Source: Laetmonice hystrix
Taxonomy: Eukaryota
Direction: 5' to 3'
Assembly: GCA_965235115.1 (NCBI GenBank)
Contig: OZ249438.1
Coordinates: forward strand, 33,356,001-33,420,000
DNA length: 64,000 nt
Made by a program: the position numbers and the translations under genes. Below the pieces are notes generated by a model. That model was not told the origin of the DNA and ran no database searches. It saw only the letters and a program-made list of their open reading frames with translations. Below are positions 39,095 through 51,976 of the stretch, in pieces (position 1 is the first letter of the stretch; each line of letters opens with the position of its first letter).

Positions 39095-39953
39095 ACAGAT
39101 CATTGACATATAGGCGCTCGGTCGTAATCTGCTCAGATTAACGTTGACAGAAACCTGGTGTTAACAGATCATTGACATAGGCGCTCGGTCGTAATCTGCT
39201 CAGATTAACGTTGACAGAAACCTGGTGTTAACAGATCATTGACATAGGCGCTCGGTCGTAATCTGCTCAGATTAACGTTGACAGAAACCTGGTGTTAACA
39301 GATCATTGACATAGGCGCTCGGTCGTAAGCTGCTCAGATTAACGTTGACAAAAACCTGGTGTTAACAGATCATTGACATAGGCGCTCGGTCGTAATCTGC
39401 TCAGATTAACGTTGACAGAAACCTGGTGTTAACAGATCATTGACATAGGCGCTCGGTCGTAATCTGCTCAGATTAACGTTGACAGAAACCTGGTGTTAAC
39501 AGATCATTGACATAGGCGCTCGGTCGTAATCTGCTCAGATTAACGTTGACAAAAACCTGGTGTTAACAGATCATTGACATAGGCGCTCGGTCGTAATCTG
39601 CTTAGATTAACGTTGACAAAAACCTGGTGTTAACAGATCATTGACATAGGCGCTCGGTCGTAATCTGCTCAGATTAACGTTGACAAAAACCTGGTGTTAA
39701 CAGATCATTGACATAGGCGCTCGGTCGTAATCTGCTCAGATTAACGTTGACAAAAACCTGGTGTTAACAGATCATTGACATAGGCGCTCGGTCGTAATCT
39801 GCTTAGATTAACGTTGACAAAAACCTGGTGTTAACAGATCATTGACATAGGCGCTCGGTCGTAATCTGCTCAGATTAACGTTGACAAAAACCTGGTGTTA
39901 ACAGATCATTGACATAGGCGCTCGGTCGTAATCTGCTCAGATTAACGTTGACA
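39095..39953. repeat. 67-bp minisatellite, ~13 copies
   Basis: Unit ttaacagatcattgacataggcgctcggtcgtaatctgctcagattaacgttgaca(g/a)aaacctggtg. Confidence 0.96.
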
Positions 39954-40688
39954 CCTGAGTTGTGGGGAGAAACCTGGTCAGGCTTAACGGCCTGTTGTCC
40001 TGGTGCCGTAGAAATATTTGATGAAGCCGTAAAAAATCGGTTGTTTCCGCACGCTGGCCTGGCCTGACCTCAGGGATGAGAAGGACAAGGTGGTCGTTTA
40101 TGACCGCCAAGCTCGGGTGTAGGACGGTGGATGACGGTCAGGCTGGGAGATGGCCTCTGTGGACTGTCACTGACAACCAAACTAATAGCGACGTCCTCAT
40201 GTTTATGTTATAATCAATGTCGTTGCCACTCAGTGTTTGTGAGTTCCGACCGTAACAAGCATGGTCTTTGAGTGCCGTGCTTTCATGGATGCCATTCATT
40301 GCTCCGTCGGCACGGATACCGCGCAGTGTTGGCGCTCGGCGATAGTAACGGAGTTTTTCTGACGATAGTAGTATATAGGGAAGGTGGTTTTCACACAGTC
40401 GTTGTCTTATAAATCTCCAGACGGCACTACATAAACATAGCTTTGCAACACTGTGAACGAGTGAGTTCTGGAACGTGTCTAATCATTAACACTACCAAAT
40501 ACTCGGTACATGTATGTGTGTGCCACGCTTGCAGCTTTGACACCAAGGTTCAGCACGATTACGTTCATCTTTCAAACACCGCCCAAAACTGATAAAAGGT
40601 GGTCCTGAATGTATTCATCATAGTCAAGTCTCAGGCCTACCCGCTAAATATGACGCCAACAGTTTATTTCCTGTACAGTATATGGAGT

Positions 40689-40773
40689 GGATACTACAAG
40701 GTTACAGATCTAAAGGTGACAGTTTGGACGGATACTACAAGGTTACAGATCTAAAGGTGACAGTTTGGACGGA
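40689..40773. repeat. 41-bp tandem duplication
   Basis: ggatactacaaggttacagatctaaaggtgacagtttggac occurs twice. Confidence 0.88.
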
Positions 40774-40844
40774 GTGATATGTTTTTATCGTACGTGCCTG
40801 TAATAAAGGCCGTCCAGTTTACTGGTACACTGGTCCCAGCTATA

Positions 40845-40858
40845 GTTTCCATAGTAAC
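40845..40858. promoter_or_regulatory. Candidate RFX X-box
   Basis: GTTTCCATAGTAAC fits the X-box consensus and lies just upstream of a coding-like island. Motif match only. Confidence 0.45.
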
Positions 40859-42048
40859 CACTGCCCCGCGTCATGTAATTACCTCATGCAACATTCCGTC
40901 CCCAGGGGGCGCGGCGGTCCTTCCTGGACAGATGCGATGTGGGATGCCATATTCCCCGTCCTTTATATCTAATTTCCTTGGGAACTGGGTATATACAGAG
41001 GATATCGAGGATCAGCGCGGCGGTGGCTCCCCCTGGAGGCGGTATAGCTGCGATAACTACAGACGTTCAATGAATGACGTAGAGTTTGTGTATGAAGACG
41101 AGGAATGGTGCGAATTAAGGCCGGTTGGCGTGTGACATGTTGTGGTCCCACCATGGAGTGGTTAGAATTCTCTATGACCACAGATTACATTGGTTTGGGT
41201 ATTGTTGGAACTGTTGATTAACGAGTATCATCACACTGCAAGCTTGTATTAGCCATGTATCTCAAAGGAGCAGCGGGATATAGAGGCTCGCTGAATTTTG
41301 GAAAAACGCAGAACTAAATAATGTAGGGTCACCGAGCGGTAAAGAACGCTCATTTGTCATCGTATACACCAGGCGCCAGTTATAGAAGCATGATGAAAAT
41401 GTATTCAGTGGATCTGAAAAATGCATTAAACTTTTAGACTTAGCGTTTTTTATTGACAGATGGTTTGACAAATACCTGTCCTGTAAGTGCCTGAAACCTC
41501 GTGAAATGTGGAAATTTTACCAGGTATAAAATGGTTGAAATGAATTATTGTAGATAAAGACCAGCATGGCTATGATGTGTGCACAGACCTTGATTCATCA
41601 AGTCTAACCGAATGAAGGCTCTGTATGATTGAGTTTGTCCAACTCTGTTTGGCACTCCGAGAGCAAATTATACAAAGGTATTCATACAAAATGCATGGAT
41701 GCTACAATCAAAACGTCTCTATTTGACATACTTCAGTCATAGCTGGGCCCCGCGTTGTGTGTTAGTACGAAGAGAAATGCAAACATAGACAACATTATCT
41801 TTTGACTGTAGACAATATCATATATTGTATCACTGACTTACAACATTATCTTGTCTGAAGTACACCATCTGCAATATAGCCGTCCCTTCCCTTGGTGCTA
41901 GGAAAGATTGTTGGACTGGCTCAACCCGATTTTAGATCTTTCTAATGGGAATGATGAATCACACCGTGAGATTTCAGTTAAACCGTCAGATGGAAAAAAA
42001 TACTGGAATTGAATTGATCATTACTGAACGTCGACAGTCCAGACGTAC

Positions 42049-42127
42049 GGCACTCAGCATTGTCAACCGGCACTCGGCATTGTCAACCGGCACTCGGCAT
42101 TGTCAGCCGGCACTCGGCATTGTCAGC
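42049..42127. repeat. 20-bp tandem repeat, ~4 copies
   Basis: Unit cggcactcggcattgtcaac. Confidence 0.85.
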
Positions 42128-42240
42128 TGGGGAAACCTGTTATGAAATATTATATAGTAAATATTTAACAGCATTCGTATTTTTGTGATACAGCGGCCAC
42201 ATGTGAATGAAATAATGGCTGTGGATGATGAAGGATTAAG

Positions 42241-42606
42241 AATATACAGGCCTACAATATCTTAAATAGGGATTTGATTTGAATATACAGGCCTACAATA
42301 TCTTAAATAGGAATTTGATTTGAATATACAGGCCTACAATATCTTAAATAGGGATTTGATTTGAATATACAGGCCTACAATATTTTAAATAGGGATTTGA
42401 TTTGAATATACAGGCCTACAATATCTTAAATAGGGATTTGATTTGAATATACAGGCCTACAATATCTTAAATAGGGATTTGATTTGAATATACAGGCCTA
42501 CAATATCTTAAATAGGGATTTGCTTTGAATATACAGGCCTACAATATCTTAAATAGGGATTTGATTTGAATATACAGGCCTACAATATCTTAAATAGGGA
42601 TTTGAT
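42241..42606. repeat. 41-bp minisatellite, ~9 copies
   Basis: Unit gaatatacaggcctacaatatcttaaatagggatttgattt. Confidence 0.95.
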
Positions 42607-42937
42607 GGTTTAGAAATAAGTTGAAATCTTTGACGAGCGGATACTCAGGTTTCTCTTTCAGTAATTCCTATTGGACCAGGTGACAACTAGTACATGTCCA
42701 CAGGGACGGTTCACAAGGACAGGTGGAAAGGTTGAAGGTAACACGAGACTGGAGGCATGATAATACATTTGTCCCGGACATGTCAATTAGTTCCTTTCAC
42801 CCAGACTATAGTCTTAATCAGACCTCACACCAGGGCGGTTTTGAAGGCGGTTCCGCAGGGTTCCAAACTGTGTTGACCGTAGAAAGATCGTTAAAGTTGT
42901 ATAATAAATGTAACGGGAATGTTTTCTATGTTTGCAG

Positions 42938-43096
42938 GCAGTGCGTACGCTTACGATGACGCGGACACGTCGAGTGATAGCGATGATGAGGTATTGCGGC
43001 GGTACCAGCAGACCATGGACATGCAGCGGGTACCCAGTAAACACAGTATCCGCAGTCAGAGGTCTGTCAAGTCATCCGTATCCAAGGCTTCCAAAG
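42938..43096 (+). CDS. Syt14: Syt14/16-like common linker exon (SSDSDDEVL motif)
   Basis: tttgcag|GC acceptor and AAAG|gttagc donor, phase 1-1. (G)SAYAYDDADTSSDSDDEVLRRYQQTMDMQR... resembles SYT14 SSSESEDEALGKY and SYT16 TSSDSDEEVIKQF as recalled. Confidence 0.88.
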
Positions 43097-45390
43097 GTTA
43101 GCTCTCCTCTCTCCTCGTTGGTCAATAGCTCATTTTAGGATACATTGTCGTGTGCGCAATACACTAATTACAGTGTTTGGGGTACATTGACAGCTGGTAA
43201 TTATTATATTACATACATTTCCTATGTTTGTAATGCAATTTTCACAACTGTCACGTAGCAACAATCCAATTGCATATATGTGCTTGATGTACCATTAAAA
43301 TGTACATATATTATTCATTTAGCAGTGCAATTTCTTCTCTTGGTTTGTCCTTAAAGAGAAAACAAATGTAGCGGTGCGATTCTCTTAGTTGTAACTTAGC
43401 GTATGCAGTATTGTATACAACAGCTTTGTTTGAAAAGTCGTTTAGCTTGAGTCAAACAGGTCCCGGGAGACCTGCCCAAATTGAAACCTGCCTTAATGCC
43501 GAGGTTGAGCGGGGCTCAGAAAGCTTTGCCTATATGACAACATGATGAAGATGCCCAGGGCAATGGTATGTTTGTTTATCCCCTGGCGACGCGCCTTCTG
43601 ACAATCGATGGCTGCCGTAGGCGGAGCCGATTTTCACCAGTCTGTGAGTGGACAGAATGACAAGACGATATGGCAGGAGTCACTGTAGCTATAGTTGTCG
43701 TCATGTAATCCTGACCATCTACCTGCCCGCTCGTTTAGATGATGGTGGTGGTGGGGATGTGGCGGTAAGTGGGTTCATATTGACCCCGCCCTGGTTCCCA
43801 CGCGTGCCACCCTCGGTCGGCCACATTGCCATCGATCCAACCTGATTGATCTCCCCGGTGGCCACCTGTCGGCGCAGCTCTGAACCACGCCGACGCTGGG
43901 TACTGTTAAGGGAATTCAACTGCAGTTGTTGCAATAGTTTTAAGTCAGACAGGGCTTTACACAAACACGTTCATAATGAGCTTGAAGAAAAATGTCGTCG
44001 TTCATTAACTCTATTAAAACCTTAAAACCCAGGTGGGATTTCATCGCAATCGATTCATTTTATTCAGCGTCAAGAATAACTGAATTAAGTCGTTTGGTAG
44101 CATGTTGATGTGCAGTTTAACTAATTTAAGCCCTATGTAAATACGATATTACCAAGCCGTGTCAGCGGTACGGCTCCTGTGCTGTCGTGGTTGTCGTGTA
44201 TTTAGTACGTCGACTGAATGCACAATGAGAGAGGGTGTCAGGCAGGGTGACGTAGTACCAACTCGGCAATCAGGACAATTGAAGGAGACACATGGTCAAG
44301 TGATTCTTCTCGATTCTGAAGGATAAGCTGTGAATCGATGAAAGTTTTGGTGGAGACAAGGAACCCCCAAAACGGGTTTAACCCTTTAAACTAAAACTAT
44401 GGATGATTTGAGTCGCACTTTCTTTTGGTCGTCAATATTTGTTCCACCTCCGCGCGGTTAAAGTTTTCGATTTTGAGGCAACCAAACATCGTTACGTTGA
44501 TGCTTCCATAGCATAAGGTTATTTTTGATTAAAAAGCCTCATGTAATGAGTATTTTGCTGTCACCCGTTATATAGGCCCTCGCAAGCCGAGGCAGTAGTC
44601 CAACAAGTAACGGGCCCGTTGCCCACTTTCACCGAACCAGACCATGCAGAACGTTGTAGTAAGAAACTCTCAGTCTGGGTGAAGTCATTCAAGTGGTTTA
44701 ATAATCCATGAAGACGTCGATTATACAGCTATATTTGTATATGACGACTATGGAATGGCGGTCGACTTTCTCCATAGAGGATGCTGTACAGCAAATGTAT
44801 GAGAGGGATGGAAATTGAAGCTCCCGTGATACCTCGACTTTCTGTAGCTTTTCTTTAAACAACATGCCAACAGGATCATATGACTCGCAGTGCACTGAGC
44901 CTGGTAGTCGTTCAATGGAATATTGTCTCCTTATCGAAATCTACTTTTGTATTCATGGGACGACGTAGGAAATATATGTATGTACTGTGGCAATTACTTT
45001 TAAACAGTTTGACTGCAGCGCTGGGCCGTAACGCCGGGTATTAATATTATAACACTGCATATCGTCATGAATAATCGACATCCAATTGCGTTGGTACTTC
45101 TGAACTTCGCATTGGAGTTATGTTCATGAGAATTAAATTATAGTCAGTCTTTTTAAATTCCAAATGAAAAATATCTTTTGAAATTAGGCTATAGGCCTAC
45201 TCATTGTACCATTCTCATATCTGATAGGGAAATACCCAAGGAGAGACAGGTCTAGCACCATCATTAACAGTTTCTCTTACAGATAAACCTTTGCTGTGAG
45301 AAATGTCACTGTCCTAAAGTGAAAGAGGATTGCTGTTTTTGGAATATATCACTGCAGTCTCTGTGGTCATTCCCGTTATTCTTAATAGAG

Positions 45391-47988
45391 ACAATCCGAG
45401 GCTGTTTGAGGACTGGCTCGGGTTGGCTTGATGTGATCCTTCCCGTCGTCTAACCTAACACAATCCGAGGCTGTTTGAGGACTGGCTCGGGTTGGCTTGA
45501 TGTGATCCTTCCCGTCGTCTAACCTCACACCATCCGAGGCTGTTTGAGGACTGGCTCGGGTTGGCTTGATGTGATCCTTCCCGTCGTCTAACCTCACACA
45601 ATCCGAGGCTGTTTGAGGACTGGCTCGGGTTGGCTTGATGTGATCCTTCCCGTCGTCTAACCTAACACAATGCGAGGCTGTTTGAGGACTGGCTCGGGTT
45701 GGCTTGATGTGATCCTTCCCGTCGTCTAACCTCACACAATCCGAGGCTGTTTGAGGACTGGCTCGGGTTGGCTTGATGTGATCCTTCCCGTCGTCTAACC
45801 TAACACAATCCGAGGCTGTTTGAGGACTGGCTCGGGTTGGCTTGATGTGATCCTTCCGGTCGTCTAACCTCACACAATCCGAGGCTGTTTGAGAACTGGC
45901 TCGGGTCGGCTTGATGTGATCCTTCCCGTCGTCTAACCTGACACAATCCGAGGCTGTTTGAGGACTGGCTCGGGTTGGCTTGATGTGATCCTTCCCATCG
46001 TCTAACCTTACACAATCCGAGGCTGTTTGAGGACTGGCTCGGGTTGGCTTGATGTGATCCTTCCCGTCGTCTAACCTGACACAATCCGAGGCTGTTTGAG
46101 GACTGGCTCGGGTTGGCTTGATGTGATCCTTCCCGTCGTCTAACCTAACACAATCCGAGGCTGTTTGAGGACTGGCTCAGGTTGGCTTGATGTGATCCTT
46201 CCCGTCGTCTAACCTGACACAATCCGAGGCTGTGTGAGGACTGGCTCGGGTTGGCTTGATGTGATCCTTCCCGTCGTCTAACCTGACACAATCCGAGGCT
46301 GTTTGAGAACTGGCTCGGGTTGGCTTGATGTGATCCTTCCCGTCGTCTAACCTAACACAATCCGAGGCTGTTTGAGGACTGGCTCGGGTCGGCTTGATGT
46401 GATCCTTCCCGTCGTCTAACCTGACACAATCCGAGGCTGTGTGAGGACTGGCTCGGGTTGGCTTGATGTGATCCTTCCCGTCGTCTAACCTGACACAATC
46501 CGAGGCTGTTTGAGGACTGGCTCGGGTTGGCTTGATGTGATCCTTCCCGTCGTCTAACCTAACACAATCCGAGGCTGTTTGAGGACTGGCTCGGGTTGGC
46601 TTGATGTGATCCTTCCCGTCGTCTAACCTCACACAATCCGAGGCTGTTTAAGGACTGGCTCGGGTTGGCTTGATGTAATCCTTCCCGTCGTCTAACCTAA
46701 CACAATCCGAGGCTGTTTGAGGACTGGCTCGGGTTGGCTTGATGTGATCCTTCCCGTCGTCTAACCTAACACAATCCGAGGCTGTTTGAGGACTGGCTCG
46801 GGTTGGCTTGATGTGATCCTTCCGGTCGTCTAACCTCACACAATCCGAGGCTGTTTGAGGACTGGCTCGGGTTGGCTTGATGTGATCCTTCCCGTCGTCT
46901 AACCTAACACAATCCGAGGCTGTTTGAGGACTGGCTCGGGTTGGCTTGATGTGATCCTTCCGGTCGTCTAACCTCACACAATCCGAGGCTGTTTGAGAAC
47001 TGGCTCGGGTCGGCTTGATGTGATCCTTCCCGTCGTCTAACCTGACACAATCCGAGGCTGTTTGAGGACTGGCTCGGGTTGGCTTGATGTGATCCTTCCC
47101 ATCGTCTAACCTCACACAATCCGAGGCTGTTTGAGGACTGGCTCGGGTTGGCTTGATGTGATCCTTCCCGTCGTCTAACCTGACACAATCCGAGGCTGTT
47201 TGAGGACTGGCTCGGGTTGGCTTGATGTGATCCTTCCCGTCGTCTAACCTAACACAATCCGAGGCTGTTTGAGGACTGGCTCGGGTTGGCTTGATGTGAT
47301 CCTTCCCGTCGTCTAACCTAACACAATCCGAGGCTGTTTGAGGACTGGCTCGGGTTGGCTTGATGTGATCCTTCCCGTCGTCTAACCTAACACAATCCGA
47401 GGCTGTTTGAGGACTGGCTCGGGTTGGCTTGACGTGATCCTTCCCGTCGTCTAACCTAACACAATCCGAGGCTGTTTGAGGACTGGCTCGGGTTGTCTTG
47501 ATGTGATCCTTCCCATCGTCTAACCTCACACAATCCGAGGCTGTTTGAGGACTGGCTCGGGTTGGCTTGATGTGATCCTTCCCGTCGTCTAACCTAACAC
47601 AATGCGAGGCTGTTTGAGGACTGGCTGAGGGTTGGCTTGATGTGATCCTTCCCGTCGTCTAACCTGACACAATCCGAGGCTGTTTGAGGACTGGCTCGGG
47701 TTGGCTTGATGTGATCCTTCCCGTCGTCTAACCTAACACAATCCGAGGCTGTTTGAGGACTGGCTCGGGTTGGCTTGATGTGATCCTTCCCGTCGTCTAA
47801 CCTGACACAATCCGAGGCTGTTTGAGGACTGGCTCGGGTTGGCTTGATGTGATCCTTCCCGTCGTCTAACCTAACACAATCCGAGGCTGTTTGAGGACTG
47901 GCTCGGGTTGGCTTGATGTGATCCTTCCCGTCGTCTAACCTGACACAATCCGAGGCTGTTTGAGGACTGGCTCGGGTTGGCTTGATGT
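45391..47988. repeat. 69-bp minisatellite, ~38 copies
   Basis: Unit acacaatccgaggctgtttgaggactggctcgggttggcttgatgtgatccttcccgtcgtctaacctN. Confidence 0.97.
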
Positions 47989-48364
47989 TCCATCTCGTCG
48001 TCTAACATGGTCTAACCTAATACAGCCTTCACGGCGGAGAGGCAATTGGCCGGTTGTTTGACAATTATCCTACGGGAAACTCTCCCAGTAAGGCTGGTCA
48101 GGCACTCGGCCATTCAACTTAGTGCTTTCCTTGTGTCTCATTCAGCTATTACACCCCGGGCTGGGTAATGCTTAGTGATCAAAGGGGAAATTTGGAAAAA
48201 TTGCTTCTCCTGAAATGAAATCAGGAGAAAGGAGATGAATCCGAATTGACCATGCCCAGACAGATTGCGTACTAGAAACGGGGCCGCGAAATGTGTTTGG
48301 GTATAGCAGATTTAGGAAAGAGGGAACAGATGGTCCCTCCGGTACGTACGAACAGGACCCCAAG

Positions 48365-48821
48365 TTACCATTTCTCTCTGTCACTGAGCTCCACATCCTG
48401 AAATCACGATCTCTGTCTCCCTGCGTCACCATTTCCCTCTGTCACTGAGCTCCACATCCTGAAATCACGATCTCTGTCTCCCTACGTTACCATTTCCCTC
48501 TGTCACTGAGCTCCACATCCTGAAATCACGATCTCTGTCTCCCTGCGTTACCATTTCCCTCTGTCACTGAGCTCCACATCCTGAAATCACGATCGCTGTC
48601 TCCCTGCGTTATCATGTCACTGAGCTCCACATCCTGAAATCACGATCTCTGTCTCCCTGCGTTACCATTTCTCTCTGTCACTGAGCTCCACATCCTGAAA
48701 TCACGATCTCTGTCTCCCTGCGTTATCATGTCACTGAGCTCCACATCCTGAAATCACGATCTCTGTCTCCCTGCGTTACCATTTCTCTCTGTCACTGAGC
48801 TCCACATCCTGTCTCCCTGCT
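48365..48821. repeat. ~61-bp minisatellite with shorter variants, ~8 copies
   Basis: Unit ttaccatttccctctgtcactgagctccacatcctgaaatcacgatctctgtctccctgcg. Confidence 0.92.
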
Positions 48822-50739
48822 TCACTTTACAATCGTACGTTGCTGGAACACGTTCTGTCTTTACTCTTAATTGAAGAGTTGGCGTGAAAACTGTCTTTGA
48901 GGCAATTTCAAAGTGTGAGTTTCATATTCCTCAGTGGCAGAAGGTGCCTTAACGGTGGTGGTGGTGCTGTGGGGAGGGGGGGGGGGCACAGTACAGCCGG
49001 CACTGTTTATGGGATAGGAAGCGCTAAATGCTAATTAAGGTCGACCGTTTGCTATGGAAATTGGACAGGTATCCGGGGAGGCCTGGGGACGGGGGAACTA
49101 ATGGAACACGGGGCACTGATGAACAGCGAGCCGAGAGAACACCAAGCAAGATGGAGTAAGCAGAGTGAGGCGAGGCGGTAACAACACATCGTTCACTGAC
49201 TGGCTCAGTGGCAGGTGCACGCTCATGTCATGAGCAATGCACATGTTTTATCTGAATATTTGTCATTCCATTGTGGTTTACCGTCTTTCACTTTTTCCAC
49301 CGATTTTGTTAAGGTGATGTTTATTGTTTCTTGGTCCTGATACATCCTCTTTGAAGTTAAAAAAAACAACATTTCCGTTAGTTTTGTCATTTAAAATTGG
49401 AAACTCGGGAGGCATCATGAATAAGACATTCATGGAGACTCGACCTACTATACTGTATATTGTGTTAACATTCGAGTCCCAAGTCTGGAGATCAAACAAT
49501 GACATACCGTGGAAGCCTGCTAGGAATTAAAGTCAAATTCATGTCTCATTCGGCCTTTAACTGCAGCGGGACACTAAATTTGGATAATGCCTGTAAGATT
49601 TTTTAAAAGAAACTAAGCGAGACCATGTCTGACTTCTCTAGCAAACAGTAATTAATGTTAATACTGTGTGACTGCCCAGCCAGGGAAGTCGATAGAATTC
49701 TGTGTAATCTTCTGGTCATTAGCCTCCGTGTGTCACCTGATATTAATGAGTGACAGGACAGCTAATTTAATCATGCCGCCAGAAAACAAAGACCGGCAAG
49801 TTTTAATGATAAAGTTGGGTGGTATAATAATAATCGTGTTGAATGAATATCTCAGGTTGGGAATGGACGCTTGGTGGTAAGACTGTCCGTACGCGGTCAT
49901 TGTATCGGTCATTGTAAGTAATGGCGGACACGGTAATACTATAATAACACATCAGTGAACACGGAATAAAACGGTGTCAATTAAAGGATTCCCTAAAATG
50001 GTATCAATAAAGTGGGTGTGATGTAAATTAATCCAACCACAGGGTCAAGTGTGTCACCATGCTGACTTTTGTGTGGGCTGTCTGTAAAAAACGTACGTTA
50101 CTGTTAATTTTAGTGCACCTAACACTAATCTGGGGGCCACCAGAGTAAACCCAAGGCTTTGCAAAGGGGCTATTTCCCATAAACCTAGGCCTATAACAAA
50201 AAAGTAACCACGGTGACATATAGATATCTTAACATTTTTAAAATAAAAAATACGGTACTTGTTCTTTGTATTGAAATTATATTGATATGTAATGGGTTTG
50301 GGTTGGACACATTGGTTACCATGGCGAGATATGGTGAGAGATTGGATAGGTGCCACACATGACCTTAAGTGTCAGTACGGTTTTAAAACCAATTGATGAG
50401 AAAGAGAATAAATCATGGCCGGGATCATTTAGAGACAGAGATCGTTCCTCATCCTGTCCTCTCTCGCAATCCCTCACTGATTTATTTGAAACGTTACTGA
50501 TGTAATGAAATCGTGCGCCATTAACTTTGTCAATTTTTCCCTCGTTAGAAATTGATAAGCGTTAGGTATTTATCAGAAAGCAGTGTTTTCATATTGTTGG
50601 ACCGTTGTCCGTGTTGATAACCCTGCTGTGAAAATCTCATGTGGATCTTTTGTCAATCTACATAGAGGAGTTCATAAACGAAGTTCAGGTCAACATGCAC
50701 ATGAGCTTTTTTTGGTAGGTGGGACACTTTATAAAATGG

Positions 50740-50871
50740 GGGTGGGTGGGTATTTGGGGTTTTACGCCTTGCAACAGCCAGGGTCATATCACGGCGGTGA
50801 AGATGAGATGAAAGTCAGTTTTTCTTGGTGGAGGAAACCGGAGTACCCGGAGGAAACCACCGACCTTCGGG
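50740..50871 (-). mobile_element. 5'-truncated SINE with a 14-bp TSD
   Basis: Minus strand carries GGTTTCCTCCGGGTACTCCGGTTTCCTCCACC, a conserved SINE-core motif (V-domain-like as recalled), then a short-repeat tail. ACTTTATAAAATGG is duplicated at 50726-50739 and 50872-50885. Confidence 0.75.
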
Positions 50872-51890
50872 ACTTTATAAAATGGTGTTGAGGTTATAGA
50901 TAACTGATAGGTATATTATACTGTCATGAATAAGGCCATAGCTTCTAGATTAGCGCCTGTGAATGATCGTGATGGTTAGACTTTGTTAATATTACAGTGA
51001 TACTGCATGTCAACTCGAACCGGAAATCAATTTAATGAAAATACTGCCTTTAATGGACTGTTGTTAAATATGACATAATACCATAGAAACTAATAATATC
51101 AGTACTAAGTACTCAGTTAGGGATGAACCGTATTTTGACGGAGGTTAGAAATTCAATGTCCTTTCTGGAAGGCAAGTCAGAACGGGCTCTGCATTGAATT
51201 GGGGAGGTAAACCGAAAAACCAAGGTACGCGTGTATTTTTCGAGAAATCCAAGGCTGTCGGGAAGCCTTGCGAGACTTCACCATGTAATTGTTATATCAA
51301 TGAAATCATCCAGTTATCTTCTCACTAGTGTTCTCGCGATTAGCAATGATTGCAGGTCTAGATGTAGTAGGCATGTTTATACGCCAGTAATTGGCAATCA
51401 ATGAAGGCCTGAACTGGGCCATGCGATTGGCGCGCCACCTGTTGGTTCTCCGTGTAGAAACCCATGGACTCCGACATAGTAGGCCTATACCATTACAATG
51501 TCATTTAAACGTGACACTAATGCTAGACTTCTCTGTGGTTGTCAAAAGGAGTAGTGAAACTTTGTGATATTCGTTTGTTGGTATTTCTACCCCACCATGT
51601 AGAGGTGCTAGTGTAGAGGTGTACGTAGTGATGGTGACAAGCTGGCGCCGTCAGTCCAAAACATAGTTCCGATGTATTCCGTCAGGTGGCAGAGCTGTAG
51701 CCGACTCCCGACTCTGATCCCAGTTCGAGGGAACCTCAATCATAACCACAGCTGGGCTCGGCAATTTGAAATTCTCTTTATCATTATTTCATTATATATT
51801 TTTAAGATTGCCCAGCCATTCCGAACATTGGAACGAAGATTGCTGGCCCGGGATTAATAAAAAACATTGTCAACTATAATTATAGTGTGA

Positions 51891-51972
51891 TCCTGTTACT
51901 GATTGATTGATGTGTATGTATGGTTTGGTTATCCTGTTACTGATTGATTGATGTGTATGTATGGTTTGGTTA
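51891..51972. repeat. 40-bp tandem duplication abutting the 51977 acceptor
   Basis: atcctgttactgattgattgatgtgtatgtatggtttggt occurs twice, followed by taccag|exon. Confidence 0.88.
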
Positions 51973-51976
51973 CCAG

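Noticed and set aside
45382-47529. Long minus-strand ORFs (163, 151 and 293 aa) made of 23-aa repeats
   Set aside because: They are translations of a 69-bp minisatellite whose unit is a multiple of 3. There are no flanking splice or start signals and no recognisable domain.
245-48990. Scattered poly-G/poly-C runs as G-quadruplex signals
   Set aside because: Several lie inside MITE-like repeats, and homopolymer lengths are unreliable in assemblies. No specific function can be supported.
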